Shown: positions 38,133 to 47,821 of the stretch, in pieces
Position numbering within the stretch: position 1 is the stretch's first letter
Layout of the letters: each line of letters begins with the position of its first letter
Source: Patescibacteria group bacterium
Lineage (GTDB): Bacteria; Patescibacteriota; Microgenomatia; UBA1400; PJMF01
Reading direction: 5' to 3'
Assembly (NCBI GenBank): GCA_023382875.1
Contig: JAHDXH010000001.1
Span: forward strand, 18,571 to 82,570
Length of the DNA: 64,000 nucleotides
The notes under the pieces: generated by a model
Database searches by the model: none
What the model was told of the DNA's origin: nothing
The model's input: the letters and a program-made list of their open reading frames with translations, nothing else
Position numbers and translations under genes: made by a program

Positions 38133-39461
38133 ATGTTAGGCCACTTAACCATTTTCTCTATTATTTCTCTAGTTGTCTTGATGGTTGTTTACTATTTTTT
38201 GATCAGCGAAAAGCTGCCCAAAGCTTTAGTCGCTGTTTTAGGCGGCGTGACTTTGATTTTAATGCAGGTTTTTAGATCGGGAGAGGCATCGTCGCAAGAG
38301 AATGCTTTTCACTTTATTAGTCATAATTTAGATATTTTGGGTTTTGTGATCGGGATGATGATTCTGGTTGGTATCGTCAGAGAATCTGGTGTTTTTGAAG
38401 CAGTGGCGATTGGACTAGTCAAACTAGTTAAAGGCAAGCCGAGAATGTTGTTGATCGCGCTTGGTTACTTGACCTTATTCATGACAGCTTTTTTCTCCAA
38501 TATTCCCACTATTTTGATTTTGGCCCCAGTGGTTTTGGTCTTAATTAAGCAATTGAATTTGCCACCTCTCCCCTTCTTATTTATTGTGGTGACAATGGCT
38601 AACCTTGGCGGTGCTATGACGCCTATTTCTGATCCTACTACTTACTATCAGGCAAAAACTGTTGGTTTGTCGTTTTCTGAAGTGGTGTCTAATTCTGGTG
38701 TAATCGTCTTAGTTTTAAGTGTAGTTAGTACTTTGTATGTTTTGTTAGCTTTTAATAAAGATCTTAATTCTGCCAAAGTTAATCCTAAAGATGTAGCGCT
38801 TTTTGATCCCAAAAAAGCTATCCAAGATAAATATATTTTGCGTGTAGGTTTGCCGATCGCCTTGGTTAGTATTTTAGTGATGGTCTTTAAAGAAAAAATT
38901 TATACTGCCACAGGTATCTCTTTGGATAATGCTACTGTTACCATTGCTGCTTCATTTTTATCAATTTTAATTTTCCACAAAAAGCCACGCCAAGTTTTCC
39001 GCAACTTAATCGATTGGGAAATAATTTTCTTCTTTATTGGATTATTTGTGGTCGTTGGAGCTTTGGAATTCACCAATCTTATTTCTTTGTTGGCTAAGTC
39101 TTTGGTTGATGTGACAGGTGGAAATCTCAAGATGCTGTTGGGGCTAGTTACCATTGGTTCTGGTTTTATCTCAACCTTTATTGATAACGTGCCATACAAC
39201 ATCACTATGGTTAGCGCTATTCAAGAAATGCAAAGATCTGGTATTTGGGTTTATCCATTGTGGTGGGCACTCAACTTAGGTACTTCAATTGGTGGCGCTG
39301 GTTCACCAATCGCTGCTGCTTGTAACGTGATTGTTTTTGGTCAGGCAGAAAAAGAAAAAATCCACGTTAACTTTTTGAAGTATTTAATGGTCGCCTTGCC
39401 TCTAGTTTTAATTAATGGTTTGGTGACTTTTGGAATTATTTGGTTGAAGTTTTTGCGCTGA
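38133..39461 (+). CDS. ArsB/NhaD/SLC13-like anion permease
   Basis: FFSNIPT, ANLGGAMTPISDP, IDWE, FIDNVP, GGAGSPIAAACN. Confidence 0.85.
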   Translation: MLGHLTIFSIISLVVLMVVYYFLISEKLPKALVAVLGGVTLILMQVFRSGEASSQENAFHFISHNLDILGFVIGMMILVGIVRESGVFEAVAIGLVKLVKGKPRMLLIALGYLTLFMTAFFSNIPTILILAPVVLVLIKQLNLPPLPFLFIVVTMANLGGAMTPISDPTTYYQAKTVGLSFSEVVSNSGVIVLVLSVVSTLYVLLAFNKDLNSAKVNPKDVALFDPKKAIQDKYILRVGLPIALVSILVMVFKEKIYTATGISLDNATVTIAASFLSILIFHKKPRQVFRNLIDWEIIFFFIGLFVVVGALEFTNLISLLAKSLVDVTGGNLKMLLGLVTIGSGFISTFIDNVPYNITMVSAIQEMQRSGIWVYPLWWALNLGTSIGGAGSPIAAACNVIVFGQAEKEKIHVNFLKYLMVALPLVLINGLVTFGIIWLKFLR

Positions 39462-39776
39462 GTGTTTGCCGCCCCACTTTTCCAATTCAGCAATTACAGG
39501 CTGCAGAGCATGGCCAATTTCAGTCAAAGAATATTCGACCTTAGGTGGAATTTCCGGATAAACTTTTCTAGTAACCACTAGGTCGTTTTCTAATTCACGT
39601 AGTTGCTTGGTGAGCATTCTTTGGGTAATGCCGTCCAATTCTCTGAATAGTTCGTTATAGCGTTTGGTGCCGCTGGTTAGTTGTTTGATTAAGGGTAGCT
39701 TCCATTTGCCGCCCAAAACCGCCAAAGCTTTGGCCACTTGGCATTCCTCATGGTTTATTTGCTTAGTCAATTTCAT
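39408..39776 (-). CDS. HxlR/DUF24-family (YodB/QsrR-like) regulator
   Basis: ECQVAKAL.VLGGKWK, RYNEL, MLTKQLRELE, PPKVEYSLT. Confidence 0.9.
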   Translation of the reverse strand: MKLTKQINHEECQVAKALAVLGGKWKLPLIKQLTSGTKRYNELFRELDGITQRMLTKQLRELENDLVVTRKVYPEIPPKVEYSLTEIGHALQPVIAELEKWGGKHSAQKLQPNNSKSHQTIN

Positions 39777-39798
39777 AGTATCAACAATGTATGTATAC

Positions 39799-39828
39799 AA
39801 CACATTAGTATGTACTTGTTAATGTGTT
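39799..39828. promoter_or_regulatory. Inverted repeat in the divergent promoter (possible operator)
   Basis: AACACATTA-N12-TAATGTGTT. Confidence 0.4.
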
Positions 39829-39881
39829 TGTGTGAGGTATTATAAAACCTCTTATAATAAAGTAAAGCTAAGGAGTTGCTT

Positions 39882-40442
39882 ATGAAAAAAAAGATCTTAG
39901 TTGTCTTAGGAACAACCAGGCAAAATCGAGCTGGCGAAGGTGTAGCCAACTGGGTAATGAAAAACTTACCAAAAACCAAAAACACTGAATACGAATTAGT
40001 TGACTTGCGCGATTGGCCACTGCCTTTCTTTGATGAAGCGATGCCTCCACTCGCATCTCAAGGAAACTATGAAAACGAATTAGGTAAAAAATGGTTAGAA
40101 AAAGCCAAATCAGCTGACGGATTTTTACTTGTAACTGCCGAATATAACCATAGTGTGCCAGCGGTTTTGAAAAACGCTTTGGACTACTGGTATTCTGGTT
40201 GGATGCAGCACAAACCAGTGGCTTTTGTTAGTTACGGCGCTACCTCTGGTGGAATTAGGGCAGTCGAGCACTTACGCCAAATTGGCTTAGAATTACGCTT
40301 GTTGCCTATTCACAACGAAGTAAACATTCCTTTCATTTGGGAAGCTTTTAATGAAGACGGTACAATTAAAAGAGAAAGTCAGGTTGGCCAGCTTCACTCG
40401 GTCATTGCTGAATTAGACGCTTGGTTCGACTTAGTTAAATAA
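39882..40442 (+). CDS. NADPH-dependent FMN reductase
   Basis: GTTR, AEYNHS.PAVLKNALD, SYG..SGG.RA. Confidence 0.9.
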   Translation: MKKKILVVLGTTRQNRAGEGVANWVMKNLPKTKNTEYELVDLRDWPLPFFDEAMPPLASQGNYENELGKKWLEKAKSADGFLLVTAEYNHSVPAVLKNALDYWYSGWMQHKPVAFVSYGATSGGIRAVEHLRQIGLELRLLPIHNEVNIPFIWEAFNEDGTIKRESQVGQLHSVIAELDAWFDLVK

Positions 40443-40461
40443 GGCTAAATAACGTTAAAAA

Positions 40462-41391
40462 GTGCAAAAAATAATATTGCTGGCACTAGTTTTAATAATT
40501 GGTGCCACAATTTTTTTGACCATGCAAAAACAAACACCCCATACCCAGACAGAATCCAAACTTACTTCTCATCTGGAGATGGGGGTGGTTGAGTTGCTAG
40601 TTAATGATTTGAGTAGACAGCGACATTTTTATCAAGATTTGGTTGGGTTGGCTGTTTTAGATGAAGCTAGTGGGAGTGCCGTTTTGGGATATGAAGATCG
40701 GCCGATACTTAAATTAGTTGAGGACAAAAACAAACCCTTTCCTGCTACTCATAGCGCTGGTCTTTATCACTCAGCGACTGTTTTTGAGACGCGCTCAGCT
40801 TTGGCTCAAGCCTTACTAAGGATTTTGACTGATTCTCCACAACTTTATACGGGTAGTGCTGATCATTTGGTGAGTGAAGCCTTTTATTTTAATGATCCTG
40901 AAGGCAATGGTGTGGAATTATATTTTGACAAAGACCCAGCCACTTGGATTTGGAACAACGGCCAGATCGAAATGGATTCTGTCTATATTGATGTCAAAGA
41001 ATATATTTTGACGCATGGTCAAACTTCAGCGACTCAAGCTAAAAAAATGGGTCATGTTCATTTGAAAGTTGGTTCTATCGCTGAAGCTAAAAGATTTTAT
41101 GTGGAGGTGCTTGGTTTTAGAGTGACAGCAGAAATGCCGACAGCGCTTTTTATTTCCGATGGTCAATACCACCATCATTTGGGGATGAATGTTTGGGAAA
41201 GTAATGGTGCTGGCCAAAGACAGTCGACATTGGGTTTGAGTAGTTTTGTCATGATGCTTGATAAAAAAAGTGATTTGGAAAAATTAGAAGCAAGATTAAA
41301 TAAATTTGGCGTAGATTTCAAAAAAAATAGTGATCAAATAATAGTCTTTGATCCGTGGCTAAATCAATTAATTTTTGAGGCAGCTGAGTAA
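40462..41391 (+). CDS. VOC-family CatE-like protein
   Basis: GLYH, ADHLVSEAFYFNDPEGNGVELY, MGHVHL, YHHHLGMNVW. Confidence 0.88.
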   Translation: MQKIILLALVLIIGATIFLTMQKQTPHTQTESKLTSHLEMGVVELLVNDLSRQRHFYQDLVGLAVLDEASGSAVLGYEDRPILKLVEDKNKPFPATHSAGLYHSATVFETRSALAQALLRILTDSPQLYTGSADHLVSEAFYFNDPEGNGVELYFDKDPATWIWNNGQIEMDSVYIDVKEYILTHGQTSATQAKKMGHVHLKVGSIAEAKRFYVEVLGFRVTAEMPTALFISDGQYHHHLGMNVWESNGAGQRQSTLGLSSFVMMLDKKSDLEKLEARLNKFGVDFKKNSDQIIVFDPWLNQLIFEAAE

Positions 41392-41438
41392 GCTTTGGGG
41401 CTGATTTTAATCATAAATTCTTGGTATATTGATAGGGT

Positions 41439-42398
41439 ATGCCCAGTTTTTTTTCATATCAGGTTATCATCTATGTTGCTTGTTTTGTTGTAGTCTGGCT
41501 TGGTGCTGGTTTGGTTGTATCCTCGATTTCCGAATTGGCTAAATCATGGCGCCTGCCTTCATTCATCATTTCCTTTTTCTTATTGGGAATTTTGACCTCA
41601 CTGCCCGAAATTACCATTAGTACTATTTCAATTTTCAATGACGATCCTGCTATCATGGCGGGCAATTTATTGGGTGGTGTGATTGTGATGTTTTTGGGTG
41701 TCATTCCCCTACTTGGAGTGATTGGCAATGGGGTGAGGATGCCGACTAAATTTGACCAAAAACAACTAATTTTGACTTTGATCGTGGTAGTTGCGCCGGC
41801 ATTTCTAACTTCTGACCAAAGGATAAATAAGTGGGAAGCTATTTTTCTTATCATTCTTTATTTGTCGTTATTTATTTTCTTTTCTTTTAAGCAATCATTT
41901 TGGGAAAGAGTTGGCAGTAATTTGGCCAATAAAAAAAGATGGAATGTTCGTATTTTGGTCAAAACGGTAATGGGTGTCTTGGCTTTGATTTTGGCTAGCA
42001 ATCAGATTGTTAACTCTACGATTTATTTCGCCAATGTAGCGGGAATTTCGCCATTTTTCATTAGTTTAATTGTGGTGGCACTGGGAACCAATATTCCAGA
42101 AATTTCTATTATTTTTAGATCAGTTTTAAGTAAGAAAAAGGATATTGCCTTGGCTGACTACTTGGGCTCTGCTAGCGCCAATACTCTACTCCTTGGTATT
42201 TTTACTTTGCTTTACGGAAAAACTATCCAGCTCCCCAATCATTTTTTCCAAAGATTTTCCTTTTTGGCGGTTGGTTTAGTGTCTTTTTACTTTTTCGCTC
42301 GATCTAAAAACACACTTTCACGGGGCGAGAGTTTGGTTTTGTTGATGCTTTATCTTGGGTTTATCGGATTTGAGTTGGTATTTTTAGCTAATACCTAG
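41439..42398 (+). CDS. Sodium/calcium exchanger (CaCA) family
   Basis: TSLPE and GTNIPE alpha repeats. Confidence 0.85.
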   Translation: MPSFFSYQVIIYVACFVVVWLGAGLVVSSISELAKSWRLPSFIISFFLLGILTSLPEITISTISIFNDDPAIMAGNLLGGVIVMFLGVIPLLGVIGNGVRMPTKFDQKQLILTLIVVVAPAFLTSDQRINKWEAIFLIILYLSLFIFFSFKQSFWERVGSNLANKKRWNVRILVKTVMGVLALILASNQIVNSTIYFANVAGISPFFISLIVVALGTNIPEISIIFRSVLSKKKDIALADYLGSASANTLLLGIFTLLYGKTIQLPNHFFQRFSFLAVGLVSFYFFARSKNTLSRGESLVLLMLYLGFIGFELVFLANT

Positions 42399-42415
42399 TA
42401 TTTTATTGTTGATAG

Positions 42416-43630
42416 ATGAATAAAAAAATAATTGTCATTTTTCTGATTTTAGCTGTTTTGATTTTTGGTGGTTGGTGGTTTGTCAAAGATTACTTAGCTG
42501 TTGGTAGTAATGACTTTTCTTCGTTCAATATAAACGATGATTCTAATAACGAAGATTTTAAACAGAAAATCTCCCCAAGCACGGTGTCAGGAAATGCTCA
42601 AATAGTTAATTATAAAACCGAGTCAGTGGCGCAAGGTTTGCAAGTACCTTGGAGTTTGGTTTTCACTTCTAAAAATAGGATTTTAGTGACAGAGCGTCCT
42701 GGCAGGATTCGTGTAATTGAAAATGGTAACTTATTGCCTCAGCCCATTAGAACTTTTACAGTTTCCAATCAATCTGAAGAAGGTTTGATGGGAATGACCA
42801 CTGATCCTGATTATGATAAAAATAAATACATTTATTTGTGTATGGCTTATGGTGAGAGTGAGCCAATTTTTGACAAAGTAATGAGAGTGACAGATAAAGG
42901 TAGTGAGCTCAGCGATGACTTGGTTATCATTGATAAAATTCCAGCAGCTGAATTCCATGCTGGTTGCAGATTGCGCTTTGGTCCTGATAGTAAGTTGTAC
43001 GTGAGTACTGGCGATGCTAGGCAAAAAGAAAGGGCTCAAGATTTGGATTTTTTGGGCGGAAAAATTTTAAGATTGAATGCTGATGGAACAATTCCTGCTG
43101 ATAATCCCACTGCTGGTTCGCCTGTTTATAGCTATGGTCATCGCAATCCCCAAGGTTTTGATTGGCATCCTGTGACAGGCATGTTGGTAGCTACTGAACA
43201 TGGCCCATCTGGCAATGACGGCCCAGGTGGTGGCGATGAGTTAAATATTATCAAATCAAACCAAAACTACGGTTGGCCAGAAATATCACATCAGAAAACT
43301 AAAGCGGGCATGATTAGTCCTCTGCTTGAATGGACACCAGCCATTGCTCCGGCTTCAGGAATGTTTTATAAGGGGTTGGTTTTCCCCCAATTTACTAATA
43401 ACTATTTCTTTGGCATGTTGAGGGGCACCGGTATTGTAAGAGTGGTTTTTGATGAACAAAGTCCAGAAAAAGTTTTGAAAACAGAAAAGCTACCTGATGT
43501 TAATGTGGGCAGAGTTAGAGACATAGTTGAAGGGCCTGATGGCTTTATCTACTTTACTACTAGTAACAAAGATGGCCGTGGTAAGGCCAATGATGGCGAT
43601 GACCATATTTTCCGATTGGTTCCTGAGTAA
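42416..43630 (+). CDS. PQQ-dependent sugar dehydrogenase (GSDH/YliI)
   Basis: PWSL, TERPG, HAGCRL.FGPD, YGHRNPQG, EHGP, DELN, NYGWP, GRVRD. Confidence 0.9.
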   Translation: MNKKIIVIFLILAVLIFGGWWFVKDYLAVGSNDFSSFNINDDSNNEDFKQKISPSTVSGNAQIVNYKTESVAQGLQVPWSLVFTSKNRILVTERPGRIRVIENGNLLPQPIRTFTVSNQSEEGLMGMTTDPDYDKNKYIYLCMAYGESEPIFDKVMRVTDKGSELSDDLVIIDKIPAAEFHAGCRLRFGPDSKLYVSTGDARQKERAQDLDFLGGKILRLNADGTIPADNPTAGSPVYSYGHRNPQGFDWHPVTGMLVATEHGPSGNDGPGGGDELNIIKSNQNYGWPEISHQKTKAGMISPLLEWTPAIAPASGMFYKGLVFPQFTNNYFFGMLRGTGIVRVVFDEQSPEKVLKTEKLPDVNVGRVRDIVEGPDGFIYFTTSNKDGRGKANDGDDHIFRLVPE

Positions 43631-43650
43631 TAATTTCCCTCAAGTAAATC

Positions 43651-43679
43651 TTGACAAAATGGCTTTTTAGGCCTATAAT
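43651..43679 (+). promoter_or_regulatory. sigma70 promoter
   Basis: TTGACA-N17-TATAAT, perfect consensus. Confidence 0.8.
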
Positions 43680-43715
43680 ATATTTAGTGTTAGCTCTTAA
43701 TGATCGGAGAAGACA

Positions 43716-43898
43716 ATGAGCGCACAAGATATTTTGAACGCGATGGATAAGGTTCGCCCAAATCATGGTTTGAAACTGCGGGACATTCAGTATTTCTTGA
43801 ACAACTCCGCTAACGTCAAACTCATGGAAGGGAAAACTGTTGAAGAAGTCGCCCGCTACATTTGTTCAGTTTATCTGGACATAGCTGGCACTTACTAA
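43716..43898 (+). CDS. Small orphan protein (60 aa), monocistronic
   Basis: Perfect promoter, GGAG RBS, downstream terminator. Confidence 0.7.
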   Translation: MSAQDILNAMDKVRPNHGLKLRDIQYFLNNSANVKLMEGKTVEEVARYICSVYLDIAGTY

Positions 43899-43919
43899 GC
43901 CATTAGCGTCATTGACAAT

Positions 43920-43952
43920 AAAAAGCCAGCTGCATCACGCGCTGGCTTTTTT
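43920..43952. terminator. Bidirectional intrinsic terminator
   Basis: AAAAAGCCAGC...GCTGGCTTTTTT between convergent genes. Confidence 0.8.
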
Positions 43953-44454
43953 ACATCTTTCGACTGTCATAGGCCCAATGCAAAAGCGCTTGTCGTTGTT
44001 TTGGACGACAGGCTAAATCTCGAGTTCGACAGGCCTTTTTGAGTTGCGCGATGTGCCTCGAAATAGCTTTCCATCTTTTGATTTGTCTCTTATCATCTTC
44101 ATGTCGTCTGCCTAGGTAATACCGACAATACCATTGAAACCAACCTCGTGGGTCATCTGGATGAATCCAACCATTTCTCTTCCATATTGATAATGGCTGA
44201 CTTGCTTTAATGTGAAAGAAATTTAATTTGGAGTCTGGCTTTTGTGGTGAAAGCTTGGCATGATCAAACCAATCTTTGGGGAATTCGCTTTGGCAATCGG
44301 TTAGATAATGACCACCAAATACGCCTAGTTCTAGCATTTCTTTGGGGGTTAATTCCGGCTTGAATTCTTCGTCAAAATTTTCACCGATCGGCTCTGATAA
44401 TTCATACCAATAATTTTGCTGCATCTTGTCGTTAACAATAACGGTTGTGCTCAT
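43951..44454 (-). CDS. Conserved hypothetical protein
   Basis: PELTPKEMLELGVFGGHY, DPRGWFQWYCRYYLGRR, RQALLHWA; start at ATG 44454. Confidence 0.75.
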   Translation of the reverse strand: MSTTVIVNDKMQQNYWYELSEPIGENFDEEFKPELTPKEMLELGVFGGHYLTDCQSEFPKDWFDHAKLSPQKPDSKLNFFHIKASQPLSIWKRNGWIHPDDPRGWFQWYCRYYLGRRHEDDKRQIKRWKAISRHIAQLKKACRTRDLACRPKQRQALLHWAYDSRKM

Positions 44455-44462
44455 AATAAATA

Positions 44463-44858
44463 TTATGATTTTAGCTTGCCAACAACTATCGCAGTTATTG
44501 ATGATACTAAACTGCCAATGGTTGTTCCCCAAATCAAGTCAATTATAGTAATACTGAGTGGCCAGTTTTTTAATGTAGCTAAGTTAGTAAGATCATATGT
44601 TGCATAAGTAACAAGGCCAAAGAAGCCGCCCATTATAGCTGTCGATATTAAAGTTTTTTCTTGTTTTAAGGCAGGATTTATGACAAAAAAAGTTAATCCA
44701 GCAATAAATAATAAGTAAAAAATAATTGCCGCAATCCAATTAACTTCTGTTTTAAGTAAAAAGCCAATTTGCTTGTTGTAAATATCTCTGGCAATTATGC
44801 CTAGCCAAAGCATATCAATAACAAAGAACATAATGGTCGCAATTAAATAAGTTTTCAT
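44463..44858 (-). CDS. DUF2177 membrane protein
   Basis: D..WL, YATYDLTN.ATLKNW, D..WG. Confidence 0.85.
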   Translation of the reverse strand: MKTYLIATIMFFVIDMLWLGIIARDIYNKQIGFLLKTEVNWIAAIIFYLLFIAGLTFFVINPALKQEKTLISTAIMGGFFGLVTYATYDLTNLATLKNWPLSITIIDLIWGTTIGSLVSSITAIVVGKLKS

Positions 44859-44910
44859 AAATTTAATTCTATTCTTTTTTAATCTTAAAAATAAGTATTC
44901 TTTCTCTTTT

Positions 44911-44926
44911 CTTACATCATTTTAAG
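44911..44926 (+). promoter_or_regulatory. Putative OmpR-type box, copy 1
   Basis: CTTACA-N5-TTAAG, 37 bp before a TATATT -10. Confidence 0.45.
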
Positions 44927-45003
44927 TGTGCGCTTGTTTTAAAAAACTATATTCAAATCATCTCATAGAGTGAGATTTTAAAAATTATTAAGGAACAAAG
45001 ACT

Positions 45004-46113
45004 ATGAAAATTGCTCAAATTGCTCCGATCGTTGAAAGAGTTCCGCCAAAAAAATATGGTGGTACGGAAAGAGTTGTCCACGTTCTGACTGAGGAGTTGG
45101 TAAAACTTGGACATGAGGTAACATTATTTGCGACTGCCGACTCAATAACATCGGCCAAACTAGTAGGAACCGTTGATAAAGGTTTGCGAGAAAAAAACAT
45201 TACCGATAGTTATACAAAAAATGGTTATACACTTTCCCATGTAGGTAAAGCCTATGATCGTTATAAAGAATTCGACATTATTCACGACCATGTCGGGGCT
45301 CTAAGTTTGCCAACAGCGAATATTTGTCCTAAGCCAGTTATTTCTACACTCCATGGTGCATTTTTTGATCATAATAAAAAACTTTATGAGAGTTTAAACA
45401 ATCCATATTTTGTAACAATTTCTGATGCTCAGGGTGAGCCTGTCCCCGATTTACACAAAGTAGCAACTGTTTACAACGGTTTAAACATGAGTCATTACCC
45501 TTTCGAAGATGAGCCAGAGGATTATCTTTTATATGTTGGCAGAATCGCGCCCATTAAAGGTACTCATCTTGCCGTGCAAATTGCCCATGAATTAGGTTTG
45601 CCGCTGATTATTGCTGCTAAGTTGGAAGAAGAAAACAAGGAGTACTTTGACAAAGAAGTTAAGCCATATCTTTCCTCTACTATTAGATGGGTGGGTGAAG
45701 TTGATGAAGAAGAAAGAAACAGATTAATGAGTAAGGCTAAGTGTTTTTTACACCCAGCGACGTGGGAAGAGCCTTTTGGTTTAACACTCATTGAAGCAAT
45801 GGCTTGTGGCTGTCCAGTAGTTGCTTTTAGCAAAGGTTCGATTCCCGAAATTATTGAAGATAAAAAAACCGGTTTTGTGGTCAAAGATCTTAAAGAAATG
45901 GCAACTGCTATTTTATCGATTGAACAAATTGATCGTTGGTATTGCCGTGAATATGCTTTGACTAAGTTTAATGCTCAAAAAATGGCTGAACAATACGAAA
46001 GTCTATATTACTTAATCTTAGGTCAGACAGTTAAGGACTTTGAGCCTGACTATGATTATGTGCAATCAATTAGACCAAGGCTTAGTGCTTATAGAGAATT
46101 AATGTTTACTTAA
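45004..46113 (+). CDS. Glycosyltransferase family 4
   Basis: VPPKKYGGTERVV, GRI...KG, EPFGL..IEAMACG. Confidence 0.92.
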   Translation: MKIAQIAPIVERVPPKKYGGTERVVHVLTEELVKLGHEVTLFATADSITSAKLVGTVDKGLREKNITDSYTKNGYTLSHVGKAYDRYKEFDIIHDHVGALSLPTANICPKPVISTLHGAFFDHNKKLYESLNNPYFVTISDAQGEPVPDLHKVATVYNGLNMSHYPFEDEPEDYLLYVGRIAPIKGTHLAVQIAHELGLPLIIAAKLEEENKEYFDKEVKPYLSSTIRWVGEVDEEERNRLMSKAKCFLHPATWEEPFGLTLIEAMACGCPVVAFSKGSIPEIIEDKKTGFVVKDLKEMATAILSIEQIDRWYCREYALTKFNAQKMAEQYESLYYLILGQTVKDFEPDYDYVQSIRPRLSAYRELMFT

Positions 46114-46115
46114 TT

Positions 46116-46131
46116 CTTACAAGAATTTGTC
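46116..46131 (+). promoter_or_regulatory. Putative OmpR-type box, copy 2
   Basis: CTTACA-N5-TTGTC, 38 bp before a TAAACT -10. Confidence 0.4.
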
Positions 46132-46192
46132 GAAAAATTATTGACTCAATTTATAAACTAAGTTGAACATTAAAAAATAAAGAAAGGAAATC

Positions 46193-46447
46193 ATGAATAT
46201 ACTTTTATGGTTAATTCTTGGAGCAGTGTCGGGTTGGATTGCTTCAATGATTATGAAAACTGATCAACAGCAAGGAATATTCCTCGATGTCGTTTTAGGC
46301 ATCGTAGGGGCAGTAATCGGCGGAACTTTAATGAGCTTCTTTGGACAACCAGGAGCAACAGGTTTCAACTTTTACAGTCTCTTTGTCTCAGTTTTAGGCG
46401 CCGTGGCCTTGCTTTCACTGGGAAAATTTTTCTCAAGATCTCACTAA
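46193..46447 (+). CDS. GlsB/YeaQ/YmgE stress-response membrane protein
   Basis: W.ILG...GWIAS.IM, GIVGAVIGG, SVLGA. Confidence 0.9.
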   Translation: MNILLWLILGAVSGWIASMIMKTDQQQGIFLDVVLGIVGAVIGGTLMSFFGQPGATGFNFYSLFVSVLGAVALLSLGKFFSRSH

Positions 46448-46470
46448 TTATTAGTTGCTAGTTGAGATGG

Positions 46471-46508
46471 TTGGGCCGGGGTGAATCGCCCCGGCCCAAT
46501 TTGATTTG
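46471..46508 (+). terminator. Strong GC hairpin, probable terminator
   Basis: TTGGGCCGGGG-loop-CCCCGGCCCAA followed by TTTGATTT. Confidence 0.7.
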
Positions 46509-46542
46509 CTAAAATCAAAACAGACTTTATGATATTAAAGAA

Positions 46543-47109
46543 ATGAAAGATCAATCTTTAAGGGAAATTATTAGCGATGTTTCTCACGACCTCCAGTCAA
46601 AAATAATGTCGATTAAAGCTCAAGTTTATTTGGCTAGACATGGCAAAGGAGACTTGGAAAAAGTGGAAACTGAATTGCAACAATTAAGCCGTTTACTTGA
46701 TGACTTAACTTCATTGCTAGTTATTAATGGCAGCCATAATAATATTCAAAAAAAGGAAATAAAGTTGGAAAATTTTTTTGGTTTTCTTTCACAAAATTTT
46801 TCTTTGACACTAAAAATAGATCCAAATTTAATTCAAAATTATTCCATGTCGACCAATGAAGATTTGTTGAATTGGTTTTTTAAAATGTTTGAAAAATATC
46901 TAGTTTTAAAAAAATACTCGCAAAAAGTTAAGATAGTTGTTTCTCAAAAGAAAAACAAAGTAGAGATTAAATATTATTTTGATAAATCAACAAAACAAGA
47001 AAATAAGCCAAGGCTAATAAATTTTTATTTATTTGCTTTGAAAACTGCAGCGACGGTTTTAAACATTTCTTTTTCTATGGAAGAAGACGTTTATTCTTTG
47101 ATTGTGTAA
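46543..47109 (+). CDS. Degenerate histidine-kinase-like protein (H-box kept, ATP-binding boxes lost)
   Basis: VSHDLQSKIMSI and LSRLLDDL DHp helices; no N, G1 or G2 boxes. Confidence 0.55.
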   Translation: MKDQSLREIISDVSHDLQSKIMSIKAQVYLARHGKGDLEKVETELQQLSRLLDDLTSLLVINGSHNNIQKKEIKLENFFGFLSQNFSLTLKIDPNLIQNYSMSTNEDLLNWFFKMFEKYLVLKKYSQKVKIVVSQKKNKVEIKYYFDKSTKQENKPRLINFYLFALKTAATVLNISFSMEEDVYSLIV

Positions 47110-47762
47110 CCAAAGCCGCGTACTGATTTGATCAATTTGTCTTTGTGGTCACGGTCAATTTTTTTTCTTAAATAGCCCATATAAACATCTACGACTCTAC
47201 TCTCAACCTCAAACGAGTATGCCCAAATTTTATTAAGAATCATATCTCTAGAAATTACTTTTCTTGAATTTTGCATTAGGTACTGCAAAAGCTCGAATTC
47301 TCTTGGGGTGAGATTGATAGTTTTTCCTGCTCTTTTGACTTCAATTTTTTCACTATCAAGTTCGAGGTCTCCAATTTTCAAAATACTATTGGAAATATTT
47401 TTTTGTCTTAAACGAGCTTTAATTCTGACTAATAATTCTTCTGTTTCAAATGGTTTGGTAACATAATCATCTGCCCCAAGATCAAAGCCTTGAATTTTGG
47501 CATTCAAAGAATTTTTGGCCGTTAACATAATGACTGGCAAACTGGCAAACTGTTTTTTGATTTGAGCGCAAACACTTTCACCATTAATATCGGGAAGTTC
47601 TAAATCTAGTAAAACTAAGTCGGGAGTAATTTCGTTGAGAATCTGCAAACCGCTAGTGCCTTTTGGTGTGCTTTTGACAATATAACCTTGATCAGTCAAT
47701 ATATTTTCTAAAAATGACCGAGTAGAATTATCGTCTTCTATCACCAATACGATTGGATGCAT
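47091..47762 (-). CDS. OmpR-family response regulator
   Basis: IEDD, LLDLELPD, GADDYVTKPF, LTPREFELL, VRGFGY. Confidence 0.92.
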   Translation of the reverse strand: MHPIVLVIEDDNSTRSFLENILTDQGYIVKSTPKGTSGLQILNEITPDLVLLDLELPDINGESVCAQIKKQFASLPVIMLTAKNSLNAKIQGFDLGADDYVTKPFETEELLVRIKARLRQKNISNSILKIGDLELDSEKIEVKRAGKTINLTPREFELLQYLMQNSRKVISRDMILNKIWAYSFEVESRVVDVYMGYLRKKIDRDHKDKLIKSVRGFGYTIKE

Positions 47763-47821
47763 AGCCAGATTATACCCTATGATTAAAAATCATATGTACT
47801 ATAATCGCACTCAACTTCATT

